This document shows positions 13,755 to 27,376 of a DNA stretch of 64,000 bases, piece by piece. Source of the stretch: Geosiphon pyriformis uo1 (Eukaryota > Fungi > Glomeromycota); assembly GCA_016748015.1 (NCBI GenBank), contig JAAOMT010000664.1, forward strand, positions 1,059,518-1,123,517, given 5' to 3'. Below the pieces are notes generated by a model, which saw only the letters and a program-made list of their open reading frames with translations, did not search any database and was not told the DNA's origin. Position 1 is the stretch's first letter. Each line of letters opens with the position of its first letter. A program made the translations under genes and the position numbers.

Positions 13755-14578
13755 TTGATAAATTTTCTTCAGATCAATCGCTATACTTCAAGAACACCAA
13801 TACCCTCTTTAGTATTTATATATTCAGGTTCTCCTTTGTATTAGATATTACTATTCAGGGTTTTATTAATTATTTAAACCTGTCCCTCCTTCCTCACATC
13901 TCATTACAAATTACACATTCATTCCTTCTCTAGTTTGTTAGTAAATGATTATGAAGGAATTTTGACGGCCGCAGCTTTATCCAGCCGTATCTAGTAGGTG
14001 CTGTATGGGCCTATTATGTAGATCGGTCTATCAATTTATTTCGGGCTTGTGAAGATCTAAAATATGCCACCTATGTTCCTTGGTGTAGGGATGCCTTTTT
14101 TTTTTACGACAGGCCACCTTCAATTAAAAAGCCCCCGCTGCATCCATACGAACACTTGTAGGGTCAGACGGCAATTTCTAGAACAGCAATTAATCTGTCA
14201 GCCTCATCTATTTCATTCCCGTTGAATCTTTAGAACCTGTTTATAGTTTTAATAAATAAGTTAAACCCTGAGAATATTGTTGTTTATTCTCATTAATTAC
14301 TGCAAAAGCATAGAAGTAAATATTGACCAATGAATGATTTTGGGACGTGTTGCAATTAAGGATACCTGGGAATTTTTTTTGCGCGTCATCAAAACAATCT
14401 GCACATCGCGTCGCGTCACCCAATTGTTTTCTTTTTATTTGCTATTCCAATTGCTAAAATCTTTGTTGTCCAACTGTTTTTTCTCTTTTACCAATTGTGC
14501 ACCCATTCGCGTTGCCTCCCAACTTTCTGCTATGACAAAAGTAAAGGGCCATTATTTAACTATTACCCCACTATCAAG

Positions 14579-15560
14579 ATGGAGCCTCGAACATTTGAAC
14601 AGTGGTGCAACAATCAAAAAGACCTTTTGGGGAACGAATGTATTATTGACAACATTAAGGAGTCTCTGGAATCTCTTTTAAAGAACAAATACGCATCAAA
14701 GACTAAAAAAACAAAGGCTACAGAAATGCTCGCAGAATTAGAGGTACTGTACATCATTAGTATATTGGGAAAAGTTGGGAATGTTATCATCGAAGAAAAA
14801 TTCTTCGATTGTGGCTTCAGAGCACACCAAAATGATCACTGGTCAGGCGGGTGGATACGTCTCACCCTCTTTGGGATAAGATTGTGATTACAATCAAATG
14901 CGGAACTTCTCGCCCTCTTTGGGATAAGATTTTGATTCAATCAAATGAGGAATCTCACGCTTCTTTGGGATAAGACTTCTGCAGTGACCACTGGTCAGAC
15001 AGGTGTTGAATCACAGATTAACTGTGGCACTATCTTTATTATGGGAATGAAAATTCGATGAAAACAATGAAGATGATGAAGAAGATGAAGAAGATGAAGA
15101 TGAAAGCACTTCTGTTGAACATGAAGTGGATTTTATCAACTTAATTTTCAGGAAAAAATGTGGTGAACTGTTGAAAAATTGGGATAATCTATCAAAAACT
15201 ACAAAAGTAGCGATAAGGTAAAATAAATTATAAAAAATCTTTTTTTTTTCCTTATTTACATAATGTCTCTTGCATTTAGTTTAGCACGATCTTCAATCCT
15301 CAATTTTGCTGATCAAAGCAAGACATCATGTATGGCTTGGACGCAAGAAAGTGATAAAACAATAAATATTGTAAAAAACATGAAAAAGACAATTCAAAAA
15401 TTAGAATCCTTTAATTTTAAATTTGATAAACGATCAAATTGGATTGTTGAAAAAATTGAACAGGTAAATATTATTTTATTTCGATGTTTAAAGTTTATTT
15501 TATTTTAACAACAATTTTTTTATAAAAAAATTAGGAAGCAGAGTATAAAGATGCTCTTAC
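14579..15560 (+). pseudogene. Multi-exon hypothetical protein gene with acidic D/E tract, apparently disrupted or truncated
   Basis: Starts MEPRTFEQWC..., continues through DDEEDEEDEDE and spliced-looking segments (GTAAAA/TTTAG at ~15218-15279, GTAAAT at ~15464). The frame breaks near 14860-15000 and the sequence turns to AT-rich decay after ~15560. Confidence 0.45.
14861..14975. repeat. ~47-bp tandem repeat, ~2.5 copies
   Basis: The core CTTTGGGATAAGA occurs three times, and CAATCAAATG(C/A)GGAA twice. Confidence 0.85.
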
Positions 15561-16799
15561 AATATTTTTTTACATCTGTTTACAATTATAGGCTATTTTT
15601 AAGAGTGTTAAAAAACAAAATGTATTGGCATTAAAAGTATTTGTTATTTTTAATATAAGTAACAATAATAAGACTGGTCTTTTTAGTAAAAAAGAAAACA
15701 AAGACAAAAACAAGATACTATTAACTTTAATAAATATATGCCAAAAATAACAGAAACCCTAGTAGAATCACAGACATTCACAAATTTTTTTCTTAATTAA
15801 AACACCCAATAAGCCAAAAATAACAAAATTTATGCATAGCAAATATGCAGCTTATATAATTTATCCTTTTTATATAATATTTGGTTATATTAAAGAAATT
15901 ATTAAACTAAGTATTTATAAAAATATCAAACAGAAAGTAAAAAAATAGAATTATTTAATTCTTACTGAATCTCTTGTTATAAAGCTAAAAACAATATTCA
16001 GTACAGATTACTTACTGTTATTAAAGAAAAAACACAGATTTAAGAATTTTTTTAGTAATAACAATGATTTTTCTTAGCAATATATACAGTTATATATATT
16101 ATTATTAACTGTAGTATATATATAATTATATAAATTATTTCAGTGTTTAGAAGAGTGAAAAAGGTGTTAAATGAATTGTTAAAATAAAATAAAAAATTGT
16201 TATTACTATTTATTTTTGAGCAAAAACTAGTTTTAGTGTAAGTTTTATAAGAAAAAATAATTAAATTTATATTTAAGACACAAAAAACAAATCAAAACCA
16301 GAAACAAACTGTTTAACTTAAACATAACCAAAATTTTTTCAATAAATCATTAAAAAAGTATAGTGTTTAAAAATCTAGTTTTAAAAATAATAATAAAAAA
16401 ATTATAAAAAAAACATAACTAAAATAGTTAATTAATTAAAACACTATTTTTAAAATTAAATCTCTAACAACATAATACTTTTTATTATTTAATTAATATC
16501 ATGATAAAAACAAAATTAGATAATAAAATTAACAATTTATTTAGTAAAATAAAACATAATATAGAATATTAATAATATATTTTTAAGAATAAAAATTTAA
16601 AAAACTAATAACAAATATATAATATACTTTAAATATTAATAAGAAGTATTTAGAACTTTAAAAAAAAAGACATATAAAAAAAATAACTAATTACTTATTT
16701 AATAGTAGAATTAATAGCAAAATAACATTAATATTATTAAGAAAAAAATAAAAAAATTTTTGATAATAATAATTAAGATTTCTAAAAATTATTATATTT

Positions 16800-18300
16800 T
16801 AACTTAATATTAACTAATTTTAAAATTCTGAATGCTAGTTGAATTTGTTATTAGTAATTACAGTTAGTAAGTTTTTTGATTTTAATATATAATTAGATAT
16901 TAATATAATAGTACTATGTATTAATTTCTAAATATTTATAATAATATACACTAATTATTTTTATGTATTTTATGTATTGTTTGTATTCAATATTGACTAA
17001 TTAAATATTTTATATGTTTATAATAATAATAGAAATATGTTTTTGTTCTATATTCTTGTTATAATAAGTGATTTTGTGAATTGTTATTAAATTTTTGGTT
17101 TTATTATTAAAAAATTTGGTAAATATTACTTTTTTTAAAATTAAAAATAAGATAACTTTTTATTTTTTTCTATTATTATATTAATTATTTGATTATAATT
17201 AGTTTTTATCTTAATTGATTTAAAAGCTTTAACAAATATAATAGTGTTTTATAAAAAATTAAAATAATTTAAATGTATTTTTTTTAAGATATTAAATCTA
17301 AAAATTAGTGTAATATTTAAATTATAAAAGTTAATTAATATTATATCTTTAAAAACATTGAAACTTATTGGGTTTTTTTAAAAACTTTGGTATTATAAAT
17401 TGATAATATTTTTTAAAAAAAAACAATATTTAAATGATTTTTTGTTTAGTTTAATTATTTACTTAAATGGTTTTTTCTGTTTTTTTAATTATATATGTAT
17501 ATTTATATTATTATTTTTTTTGAAAAAAATTTTCAATCTGATAATATATAATATAATTATTTTAAGATTAATTTTTTTTAATGATAAGATTATAAGTTTA
17601 ATAATAAATATAATTATATTTACTTAAATATTTTTAAAAATAGTTTTTTTTATATTCAATTTTTTTTTAATTATAAGTTTTTTAGTTTTTAAACTAATTG
17701 CTTATTTTAGTAATTAGTCTTATAACTGGTTTTATTTTTGGTTTTTTAATAGATTTTTTAGATTTTAATTTAAACTTTTTTTTGCAATTTTTAAATTTTG
17801 CTTCAAATTTTAATTGAAAAAAAATTTTTAAAAAAGTAATAAATATCTATTTGCAATTAGTATATTTTTTTAATCATATTATTTAAATTCTTAAATATAA
17901 TTAAAAATTTTTAGCATTCATAAAGCTAATATAAATAATAATACAGGTTTTAATAAGATTTGTATTTTATTTTTTGGTAAAAAATAATAAATTTATTGCT
18001 TTTTTATTAATTATATGATGATTTTTTTAAGTATTTGAACAGATATTTCTAATTTTTACTGGTTTTTTTTATGATTAAATTTTGGATTTTTGTTGATATA
18101 TTTTTTGGTGTTTTTTGTAAATTTTTGTTAATATATTATTCAGTTTTATAATAAATTTTAACAATAGTTATAACTAATATTGTTGTTTTTTTTGTAATAT
18201 ATTATAATAATTTCTTATATAATCTAAGTTTTATGTTAAATAATTTTTTTTTATATAATAAATAAGAACAAATTTAATTAAAAAACATTTTTTTGCCAAT
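16800..18300 (-). mobile_element. Hyper-eroded Ty3/Gypsy gag ghost; boundaries approximate
   Basis: Minus strand near 17370-17410 reads ATCAATTTATAATACCAAAGT, an AT-eroded match to gag NLWYQSL of element B. The 17180-17250 region matches the DAITLA.DFESAE.EANH segment. Confidence 0.5.
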
Positions 18301-18409
18301 TTAAAATTATTTTAATATTGTAAATAAAGAGCACAGCAGAATTTAAGAACTATAAAATTAAGAGTTTAATGTTATTTTTTTTATTTTTAGTTTTTTGTAA
18401 ATTACTTAA

Positions 18410-20719
18410 TTTTTTTTTTATTTTTTTTATTAACGTTTAATAAGTAAGACCCAAATGCCATTCAGCACAATACATTAAACTAAGTAATCTAAACTAAGTG
18501 CAAATCATGTACTTTCTACATATAACCAGCTACTTGGACTAATTAGAGCAATACTACAAATCTATTTTAATAGACACTGCATTATTAATACCAGAAAAAA
18601 TACAGTAAAGTCTATGAAAACCAAAACTAACACTAAGTGCTTTAGCAATACCAAGTAATCTAATAACTCCAACAAAAAGCAAAGATGACAGACTACAGAC
18701 TTTAAGCAACACCAAATCATCACCTACAATCAAGTTTTTTTTCTCCACAATTATCTTATACTTGGCTTAAACCATTCATATATCAGTATAGTAAGCTGTT
18801 CTTAAGCTTTAAACAAAATTTACAACATTCTTATTGGCAATTTTAACACTATTAAAAATAGACAAAGTCTCTGAAAACCAATTTTTAAACAAAAAACTTT
18901 TATACAAAGCAATATAAACAATATTATCAAAAGTACACAAAGAGAGCATTTGCAAAATCTGAAACAAGACCAAGTTCAAATCTGACAAAACACTTCACTA
19001 AAACAGATAAGACCTAATCAGATTTTCACAAATTCTAGCATCAAATATACACACAAACAAATAATTGAAACTCTCTACATTCTCATAATGAAAACACAAT
19101 ACACTAAAGTACTTTTATCATATAAACATTTTTGAACAGTAACCAGTAAATGATAGTGTAAAACCTTCATAAAATATAAATACAAACCAGTTGTAGATTT
19201 GTTTGTAAAGCCAGCTGCCATATGTGAGTTAGAGTGCCAAACTAATGCAGTACAAATCCAATTTACATCACCAATCATGTTTTTGTCAATAATATTAAAG
19301 TTAGATCCAACCTTTCAACAAACACACTAAACAGCCCTGAAAAATTTTCAAGCAAAATAATGAATGTTTTCAGACACTGCCATTCCACTAGCCCTAATAA
19401 ATCTATCTTTAATCAGAACAGAAAGCATAAAATTTGAACCAGCAGCCAAGCCAGCCAGCTTATTAGCATGCTTATTACTCAAAACACCTGAATTTTCTTT
19501 AATCTTGCACCAAAAAACATTAAGCCTCTTATTCATAATAAATACCATCACATTATACTACTCTATCTAACAATAATTGCAAAAATCTGGCAAAATCAAA
19601 ACTAATTTAGCAGTACAAGTATCCAAAGCAGTCTAACTGTCTAAATACACCACAACAGAATTGCCAAAAAGAATATACTCCAAAGCCAGAACAATTGTTT
19701 GCAATTCCACCATTATGAAGGACATCAATTCATTAATTATATTGTTAATACCCAAATCTATATTAGAAAAATATGCAGCCATACCACATTTTATCTTATA
19801 TGTACCCAAATCCCTTAAAGATCCATCTGTATAAACATTAATAACACCCAAATCAGTAACAAAAAGACACTGTCTTAATCCAAAAACACCACCAAAACCA
19901 CAAATATTCAAAGACTAAAAGCCAATAATAAGTAAACTAGCAGAAAAAAAAGACCTAACCAAGAAATCACATGCCAAATTAAATTAATAAAAGACTAGGC
20001 CCCTTAGATCAAGTTTTTTTCAATAACAGAAGCTTTTTTAATCAAATATCAAGCCCTTTTTATTGTACAACTATTTAATAAAAGTGATCTCAAATCTTTT
20101 GAGTAAATATAAAACATTAAAAAACAACAAATTATCTAGAACAGAAGATATCAAAATGTTACCAGAAAAACAGAATACAGTCATAAAGAAATTGTCAAAA
20201 GACATATCACCAAAAAAAGTCTAACTACATCAGCCAAAAATTATTAATTAAACTGATATGTAACTTCATAGAACAATACAAAAAATAAATAGGGAACCAA
20301 TTTTGAATTTGCAGGTTCAAAGACCTATGACTAAACAAGCAACCAATAAGTCCACCAGTATTTGAAAAACTTAACACAGAAGCTGTTTTATATTTGGACT
20401 GCAACTGCTTAAATAATTTCAAGTTATATAGAGAAGGATAATAAAAAGCCTTGTTGGAGAAATTTTTAGGCAGACTGATCTTCAACCTTAAATCTTTCCT
20501 AATCAGTGTATTCTATTTAATACATACACTCTTAAAAATGAAATTAAACTAAGTCCTATAACTAATTATGGATTGCAGCATAGCTGATATCAAATAAAGA
20601 AACTGTTTATCCAAGATAGTCTTCTTTAAAACCAAATTAACAAAAAACCTGACATCTAAATAAGTTTTCACCAAACTAAGTTTAAACAAACTCTTAGAAA
20701 ATAAAAAATACCAAGATAC
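18410..20719 (-). mobile_element. LINE-A: 3' part of a non-LTR retrotransposon (RT C-terminus, RNase H, zinc finger, 3' UTR, poly-A), cut by Ty3 element A
   Basis: RNase H motif VYTDGSL...ELQTIVLAL...YLDS and WCKIK.NSG...NKHANKLA. The 3' UTR is homologous to 41360-41500; there is a T-rich tail at ~18410-18431. Confidence 0.85.
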
Positions 20720-21660
20720 TGTTACCAAACGAAATTAAAGATATTGTTTAGCATAAAATTACCCTTATAAATCTTATCATTAATTAGCATATATTATCAT
20801 TTCAAATTATCAGTTATTACATTAGCAAAATATCCGAAATTATCATTTAATTAATAACCTAATTGGTACATAACACAAATGTAACCTAATTGCAATAATC
20901 AATCATGCAATATCCCGAACTATGTAACATTCAAAAAGTTTGCCAAAATATTTAATAGTTCGCAGAAATAACTTGTAGTTTGCCAAAATGTATCTTTAGT
21001 TCAGCAAAATTATAGAAAATAGCAAAGTTCAAGTTCATAGAATAGTGTTATGACAAGTTGTATAAAAGAAGAGCTTCTCTCTTTAAGAAAATATATCTTA
21101 CTTCAGATTTAATAATTAGAATTATCTTTTACATACAAAAACAAAATAAATATCAAATAATTTGAAAAATTAAATCCTTAATTATTTCCCTTTTAAAATT
21201 AACCAATTCCTACTAAACAGTTTTGAAATTGATTAGCTACCAATTTCAATAAACTGTTAGTAACTCCAGGCCTGGATAGAAAAACATTTCCCTTGATAAA
21301 ATTCTATTTCTTTTACATTTTTTTTACATTTCTTTTATTTTTTTATTATAATCATTAGGGTAGCCTACAGACAAAATTCCTGTAGAAGAGTTGACTTTCA
21401 CAGCAAAGTAACTACACATTTTTAGTAAGCTTTCAGACAAGCAATTCCTGGGAAAGAGTTGATGTTTACTACAATGTAACTATACAAAGTAACTGGCACG
21501 GAATTGGCCATTCCACTTATAAGCCCAGTAGTTCAAATTATAGGAGATAATTTGAAGATAAATTCAGTACTGGAGGTTTAACTACTTCTAGAAAATGTGA
21601 ATTTGCAACCAACAGACATTTACAACATTTAAAAAAAAAGACCAAAAACCTCCGGTAACA
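20720..21660 (+). repeat. Element A 5' LTR (941 bp)
   Basis: TG...CA ends, TATAAAAG at 21061; matches 29592-29780 plus 39971-40765. Confidence 0.92.
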
Positions 21661-21706
21661 TTTGATGCTCTCCCACAGAAACAACACAAGCAAAAACAAA
21701 TTCAAA

Positions 21707-24700
21707 GTGGCAACCACACCAGACGCAACAACTCTAGAGTATTACCAATCAATTTACACCCACTGCAAGCAAAGATTCAACATTCCAGACGGAATTGAAG
21801 TTGTCAAGAAATCAGTATACCAATACATTGAAAACTGCATCAACAATTATCTTTTTAGAAATTACAATATCTCAGAAATTAGAAGCAACCTTTACAATAA
21901 TTTAGTACACTATTCACAGTTGGGAACTGAAGATCTTAACAGTGAAACACTTGCCACTTACTTTCAAGAACTTAACTTTAACATTATCAAGTACTGTGAA
22001 GAAACATATCCAGTGCAGTTTCAATACTCCATTGATTTTGAATCAGAGACAGAAACAAGCAACAAAGGCAAACAAAAATTGAAGCAATACTCAAAAACCA
22101 CCCCAAATACTCCAATATTACCAAAAACAACTGCCAAACACTTACAAACACCTGAACAAAGAACCAGTTTAAAACTTCCACTTACTATCACACCTTTTCC
22201 AGTTTCACTTACACAAGCCCAAACACCTAATTCACCTTTAAATTGATTTGCAAGACTAGAAGATTTTACATCACCCAAAAGTCCCACCAGACAACAAGAA
22301 CCCCTTCAAACTAGTTTCAATCTCCTTGACTTTCTAGCTGAAAATTGAAGTGAACACTCTGAGACAGCAGCGAATGAAGAAAATGACTCTGAAATATCTG
22401 AAGAAGAATCAATAGACAGTGAAAATGAAAAAGACAAAATGACAGCATACATTGCAAAAATCTCTGAATTCAATGAAGAAGACATTGAAACCAGTCCCCA
22501 AGAATGGCTCGACCAAGTTACTAAAGCTGGAGATGCAAATGAATAGAATGCTGCCAGAATGTTAAGAACAACTCCCTACTTCCTCAAAGGAACAACAGGT
22601 GAATGGTTTGAAAACTTGACCACCTCTTTTAATAACTGGACAGCTTTCAAAACTGCCTTCTTAGAACAATTCACCAATAACAACACCTCAATTACACTTC
22701 AAAATTGTTTTTACAATATCAAACAAGAACCCTCCGAATCTGTCATGACTTATATTGGGAAATTCAACAAACTTCTCAAATGAATTTGTCAACTTGAAAC
22801 TAATGATTATTATTCTAATGCTCAAATTTTGGATCAATTTATTGCTGGCTTAAAAGATAAGCTAATTAAAAAGGTTTGCCCACATGCCCCAGAAAATTTA
22901 AACTCTGCCATATAGCATGCAAAAAGATACGAAATGGCTATAGGAGAGGCCAATTGCACAAAACTTGTAAATTTGGCAATTGGAGAAACCAGCTCAGCAG
23001 CTGAGGAAAAAATTGACCAACTCACAAAGAAAGTTGAAAACTATTTCACCAATCAACAACAACAGCAACCCCAAAGATATCAACCATCCCAAAGACGAAA
23101 TCAAAATAACTTTGCACCACTTTCCAATAACCAGTCTCAGAATTGTCATTACTGTGGAATCTCTGGCCACTGGAAAAGAGATTGCAGAAAGCTACAATGA
23201 GACCAACAAAATAGAAATAATCAACATTACCCTCCACCACAGCAATCTTATTATCAACTACCACCACCAGCTTACTATCTACCAAGACCCCAATACCCAA
23301 GTAACTATTATTAACCCGCCCCACAGCCAATCCAACAGCAATACCAACAACCATTCACACAACATTATCAAGTACCTGCTCAAAGACTGATTACACAAAA
23401 TCAATTCACACCACAAAACTAATACCAAGTAAACAACAATAGAATCAGTTTGAACAACCAATTGGTTCCCCGAAATTCCACTCAACCAAGATCCAACCAC
23501 TATTACATTCAACCCAGTTATTTAACAATACCAAAAGAACAGAATTTTTACCATACTGCACTCTTGGAAGATAGAGCTACAGCACAACAACAAAATCCTT
23601 CTCATAACCACACTACTATTCCACCAGCCAGAATTGCTGAAAATGCTAATCTCTCTAATATATTCTCTTTCAAATTTAAAGCAAATGAATCACCATTCTT
23701 GCTTAACAGTGCAATGGCTAATGAGCAAAAAGCCATCACTGCAATATACACAGAAGCTGAAGCAGAAGGAAAGCCAATTCACTTGATCCTAGACAGTAGA
23801 TCCGCTGAAAGCATCATCATCTACCAGTTGATACAACAGTTAAAGAGAAATGTTGACCAACCAGCTCAGACAGTAATCATTACTGCCAATGGCATGAAAA
23901 AGACTCCAGTAGGAGAAATTGACAATTTTTCATTCACTTTTGATGGAATCATCATTCCAGTCAAAGTTCTTGTAATAGATGTTCCTCAGTATTAAGCCTT
24001 TGTCGGAAACAATTGGCTCCAAAAAGCCAATATGAAATTAGACTGAGAAACCCAAGAACTACAAATCTCTTACTAAAGACAACATGTCTGAGTACCTGCC
24101 ACTTGTGGTACATTTAACAAATGCTCTGAAAAAGTTCCAGCTTTTGAATTCAAACCAGAAGAAGAAAAACCAATAATTGTAACATTCATGGCTCTTGGAT
24201 CAACGTCCAATTGGGCCGATGAAACTGAACAAGAACATTTTACATCACACTCTAAACCCAAAACCCCTGGATAGAATATCTCTTACTTAAAGCCTGAACC
24301 AAGAAAACAATGCCTCTACATTCCCCTTAAATGTAAGAACTGCCACAAAAAACTATTGTCAATAGGAGCCTGTATTTCACCTAAAAAAGAATATGAAAAT
24401 CATACTTGTTATTACTGCAAGGCTTGCCACAGAGAACAATGGGGCCATCTAATAAAAAGAAGTGGAAAATAGGACAACACCCCTTGTTTAACTTGTGGAG
24501 ATATGCTACCAGAAGAATGCAATTGGATTGATGTAGCAATGAGAGAAAGAGTCTGTGATCAAATCTGCCAATATGCTTTATTAATTTCAGAAAAAGTCAA
24601 AGGAGGAACACCCTTTGATGTGGCATACAACAGTGCTCTCAACAAACTGTACCATTACCCTCATGATGCCGAAATGATTTTCGATCTAGCAATGGCTTTA

Positions 24701-27325
24701 ATCAACAGAGCCACTCAAGAAAATGTTTGTCAAATAAAAAAATCAGAATACATTGCATACACCTTTGAAATCACTGGATACAACTATGAAGATGAAGTAG
24801 AAGTATATCACCAAGTTGCCAGTCACATTTACCTGACCAAAGAAGCTTAAGCTCAACGACTAGAGCAAATGAACATTAAATTGTGTAAAGAATACATAAT
24901 GCCTTGCAATGAGCAATGGTGCCTTGAATGCTATGCTTTTAGCATTTCTTTGCCCAGTGAAAACAATGAAAACAAAATTGAATTTGGAGAACTTGAAGCA
25001 ACAGAAAAAATTGAAACAACACTCATCTATCTTATCAAAAGTTAGCCTGTCTTATAACTTAAATACTTCAACAACAACGGACAAGGAATAAAACTCAAAA
25101 AAGCACATGAAATTGATGCTGGATATGACCTAAGATATCCAGACAAGGATACTCTTGTTCTCAAACCCAAATCTCTCACAAAAATCAACCACAAAATTGC
25201 ACTCGAAATCTCACCAGGAGCAATAATTCAAATTACCTCCCAGTCCTCTCTGGCAAGCAAAGGAATCAATGTCAGAAGAGGAATAATTGATGCTGGATAT
25301 ACTGGAGACATTACAGTGATGCTTCAAAATGAAACTGACAAACTATTCAAGATCGAACATGCTGAAAAAATTGCCCAAGCTATTTACCTACCCCTAATTA
25401 ACATTTCAGATTTGCAACTAGTCAGTCAAAGAGAACAATTAGGAAAAAGTGATAGAGAAACCCAAGGTTTTGGTTCAACTGGACGATTCACAGTTCCAGT
25501 TAATATAGCTCTTAATATACAGAACAAATCCCACCAGATTTTCAGACTTCCACAACCAATTACCATCTCACCCTTTGGAGAACATCTGGAAATTTACACC
25601 TGCCCAAAGCCAACAACCACACAACAAATTTTTGAGTCCAATGAACAAGTTTGCTTGGAACATAATATTTCAATTCCAAACATTTATATTCCAGAAGGAA
25701 CAAAGAAAGTCTGAGTTACTTTTTACAATCCCAACAATTACCTCATAGTTCTATTAAATAACTCAGAAATTGGAGTCATTCACAGTAATATTTTTCAACA
25801 AGAACTACCCTAAACAGTTTCCAATTTCTCAGAAATCATTGAATGTTTACTACCAAAAATCAATTCAAATCCTAACTCTGAAAACTACCATGTTGTTATA
25901 GAAAAACTATTTTGAATCAACATGAAACAACTTGAACCACAACAACGGAGCCAGTTCAAAGAGCTAATTACAGAATTTGCTGATATCTTTGCTGAAAACA
26001 ACAATGACTTAGGAAGAACCAATTTGGTCTAACACCAAATTTATACAGGAGATGCCAAACCAAGAAGACAACAAGCATATTGAGTTGCTCCAGAAAGCTA
26101 CCAATTCATCCGAGAAGAAGTACAATGAATGCTTAACAATGGGCTCATCCAACCTTTCATGAGTCTTTGGGCTTTATCTGTAGTGCTAGTTAAAAAGAAA
26201 AATGAAAAGATACAATTTTGTGTTAACTATTGACAACTCAACAGTGTTACAATTGGAGATGCCTACCCCCTTTCCTGGATTGATGACATGTTAGATGCCC
26301 TTGGAAAATTCAAATACTTTTCAACACTAGATTTAGAAAGCAGTTACTGACAAGTTGCTATGAATCTCAAAGATCACCCCAAAACAGCATTCACCACTCA
26401 AGACGGAAATTATGAATTCAATGTAATGCCTTTCGGATTATGCAATGCACCAGCAATGTTTCAGAGATTAATGGATGTTATGTACCAAGGACTCCTTTGA
26501 AAGTCAGTAGTTGTTTATCTTGATGATACTGATGTTTATTCTCCATCGTTTGAATTATACTTAAAACATCTGCAAAAAGTTTTTCAATGATTACGAAAAG
26601 CAGGACTAAAACTCAACATCAAAAAATGCTACTTTGGAAAAACAAGCTTGGCCTTCCTCGGTTATATTGTTAGTAAAGATAGAATTAAACCAGATTCTGG
26701 AAAAATCAGCACTGTTAAAAACTTCAAAACTTCTCAAAACACTACAGAACTAAGAAAATTCATAGGGTTAGCCTCCTACTATTAGAAGTTTATCAAAGGA
26801 TTCTCAGAAATCACAAAACCTTTCAACCAGCTTACTACCAAAAACATCAAATACAAATAGACTGCTGAATGCCAAAATGCATTTGAAATTCTCAAAGAAA
26901 AACTAATGACAGCTTCAATTCTTACCTACTCAGATTTCAGCAACTGATTCTGATTAGCAACAAATGCCTCTTATACTGCCTTTGGTGCTATCCTATCACA
27001 ATTAAATAATAATGAAAATGAGCAAGTAATTGTCTATGCTAACAGAACATTAAAACCAGCTGAAAAAAATTATCCTGCCACTGAATTAGAAACAGCAGCT
27101 GTAATTTGGGCTTTACATTATTTCAACCTTTATTTCCAGCCAAAAAAATTTGATATTATCACTGATAATATTGGACTTAAATGGCTTCAAAACAAAAATA
27201 CTCAGCTAAACGCAAAACAAACTCAATGGACAGGATTTCTAGCAAACTATCAATACATAGTACATCACAAACCAGGAAAACTTCACACCAATGTTGACTG
27301 TCTCTCCAGAATGAGACAAGATTAG
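21707..27325 (+). pseudogene. Element A gag-pol: N-terminal extension, capsid, CCHC knuckle, aspartic protease, Cys-rich domain, dUTPase, RT, RNase H; many nonsense mutations
   Basis: CHYCGISGHWKRDC, LILDS(R)SA, AGYDL/IIDAGYTG/KIAQ/GFGSTG, MPFGLCNAP, YLDD at ~26516 and NVDCLSR; the anchoring ORFs fall in one frame. Confidence 0.9.
25058..25483 (+). pseudogene. Trimeric dUTPase domain in element A pol
   Basis: Five motifs in order: AGYDL, (Q)SSLA, IIDAGYTGDI, KIAQAI and RETQGFGSTG. Confidence 0.9.
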
Positions 27326-27376
27326 AAAACACAAAAACCAACATTCAACTTAACCAACCAAAACAAGCAACAAACA

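Noticed and set aside
13870-14240. GC-richer patch that might be a gene fragment
   Set aside because: No consistent frame or motif found by eye.
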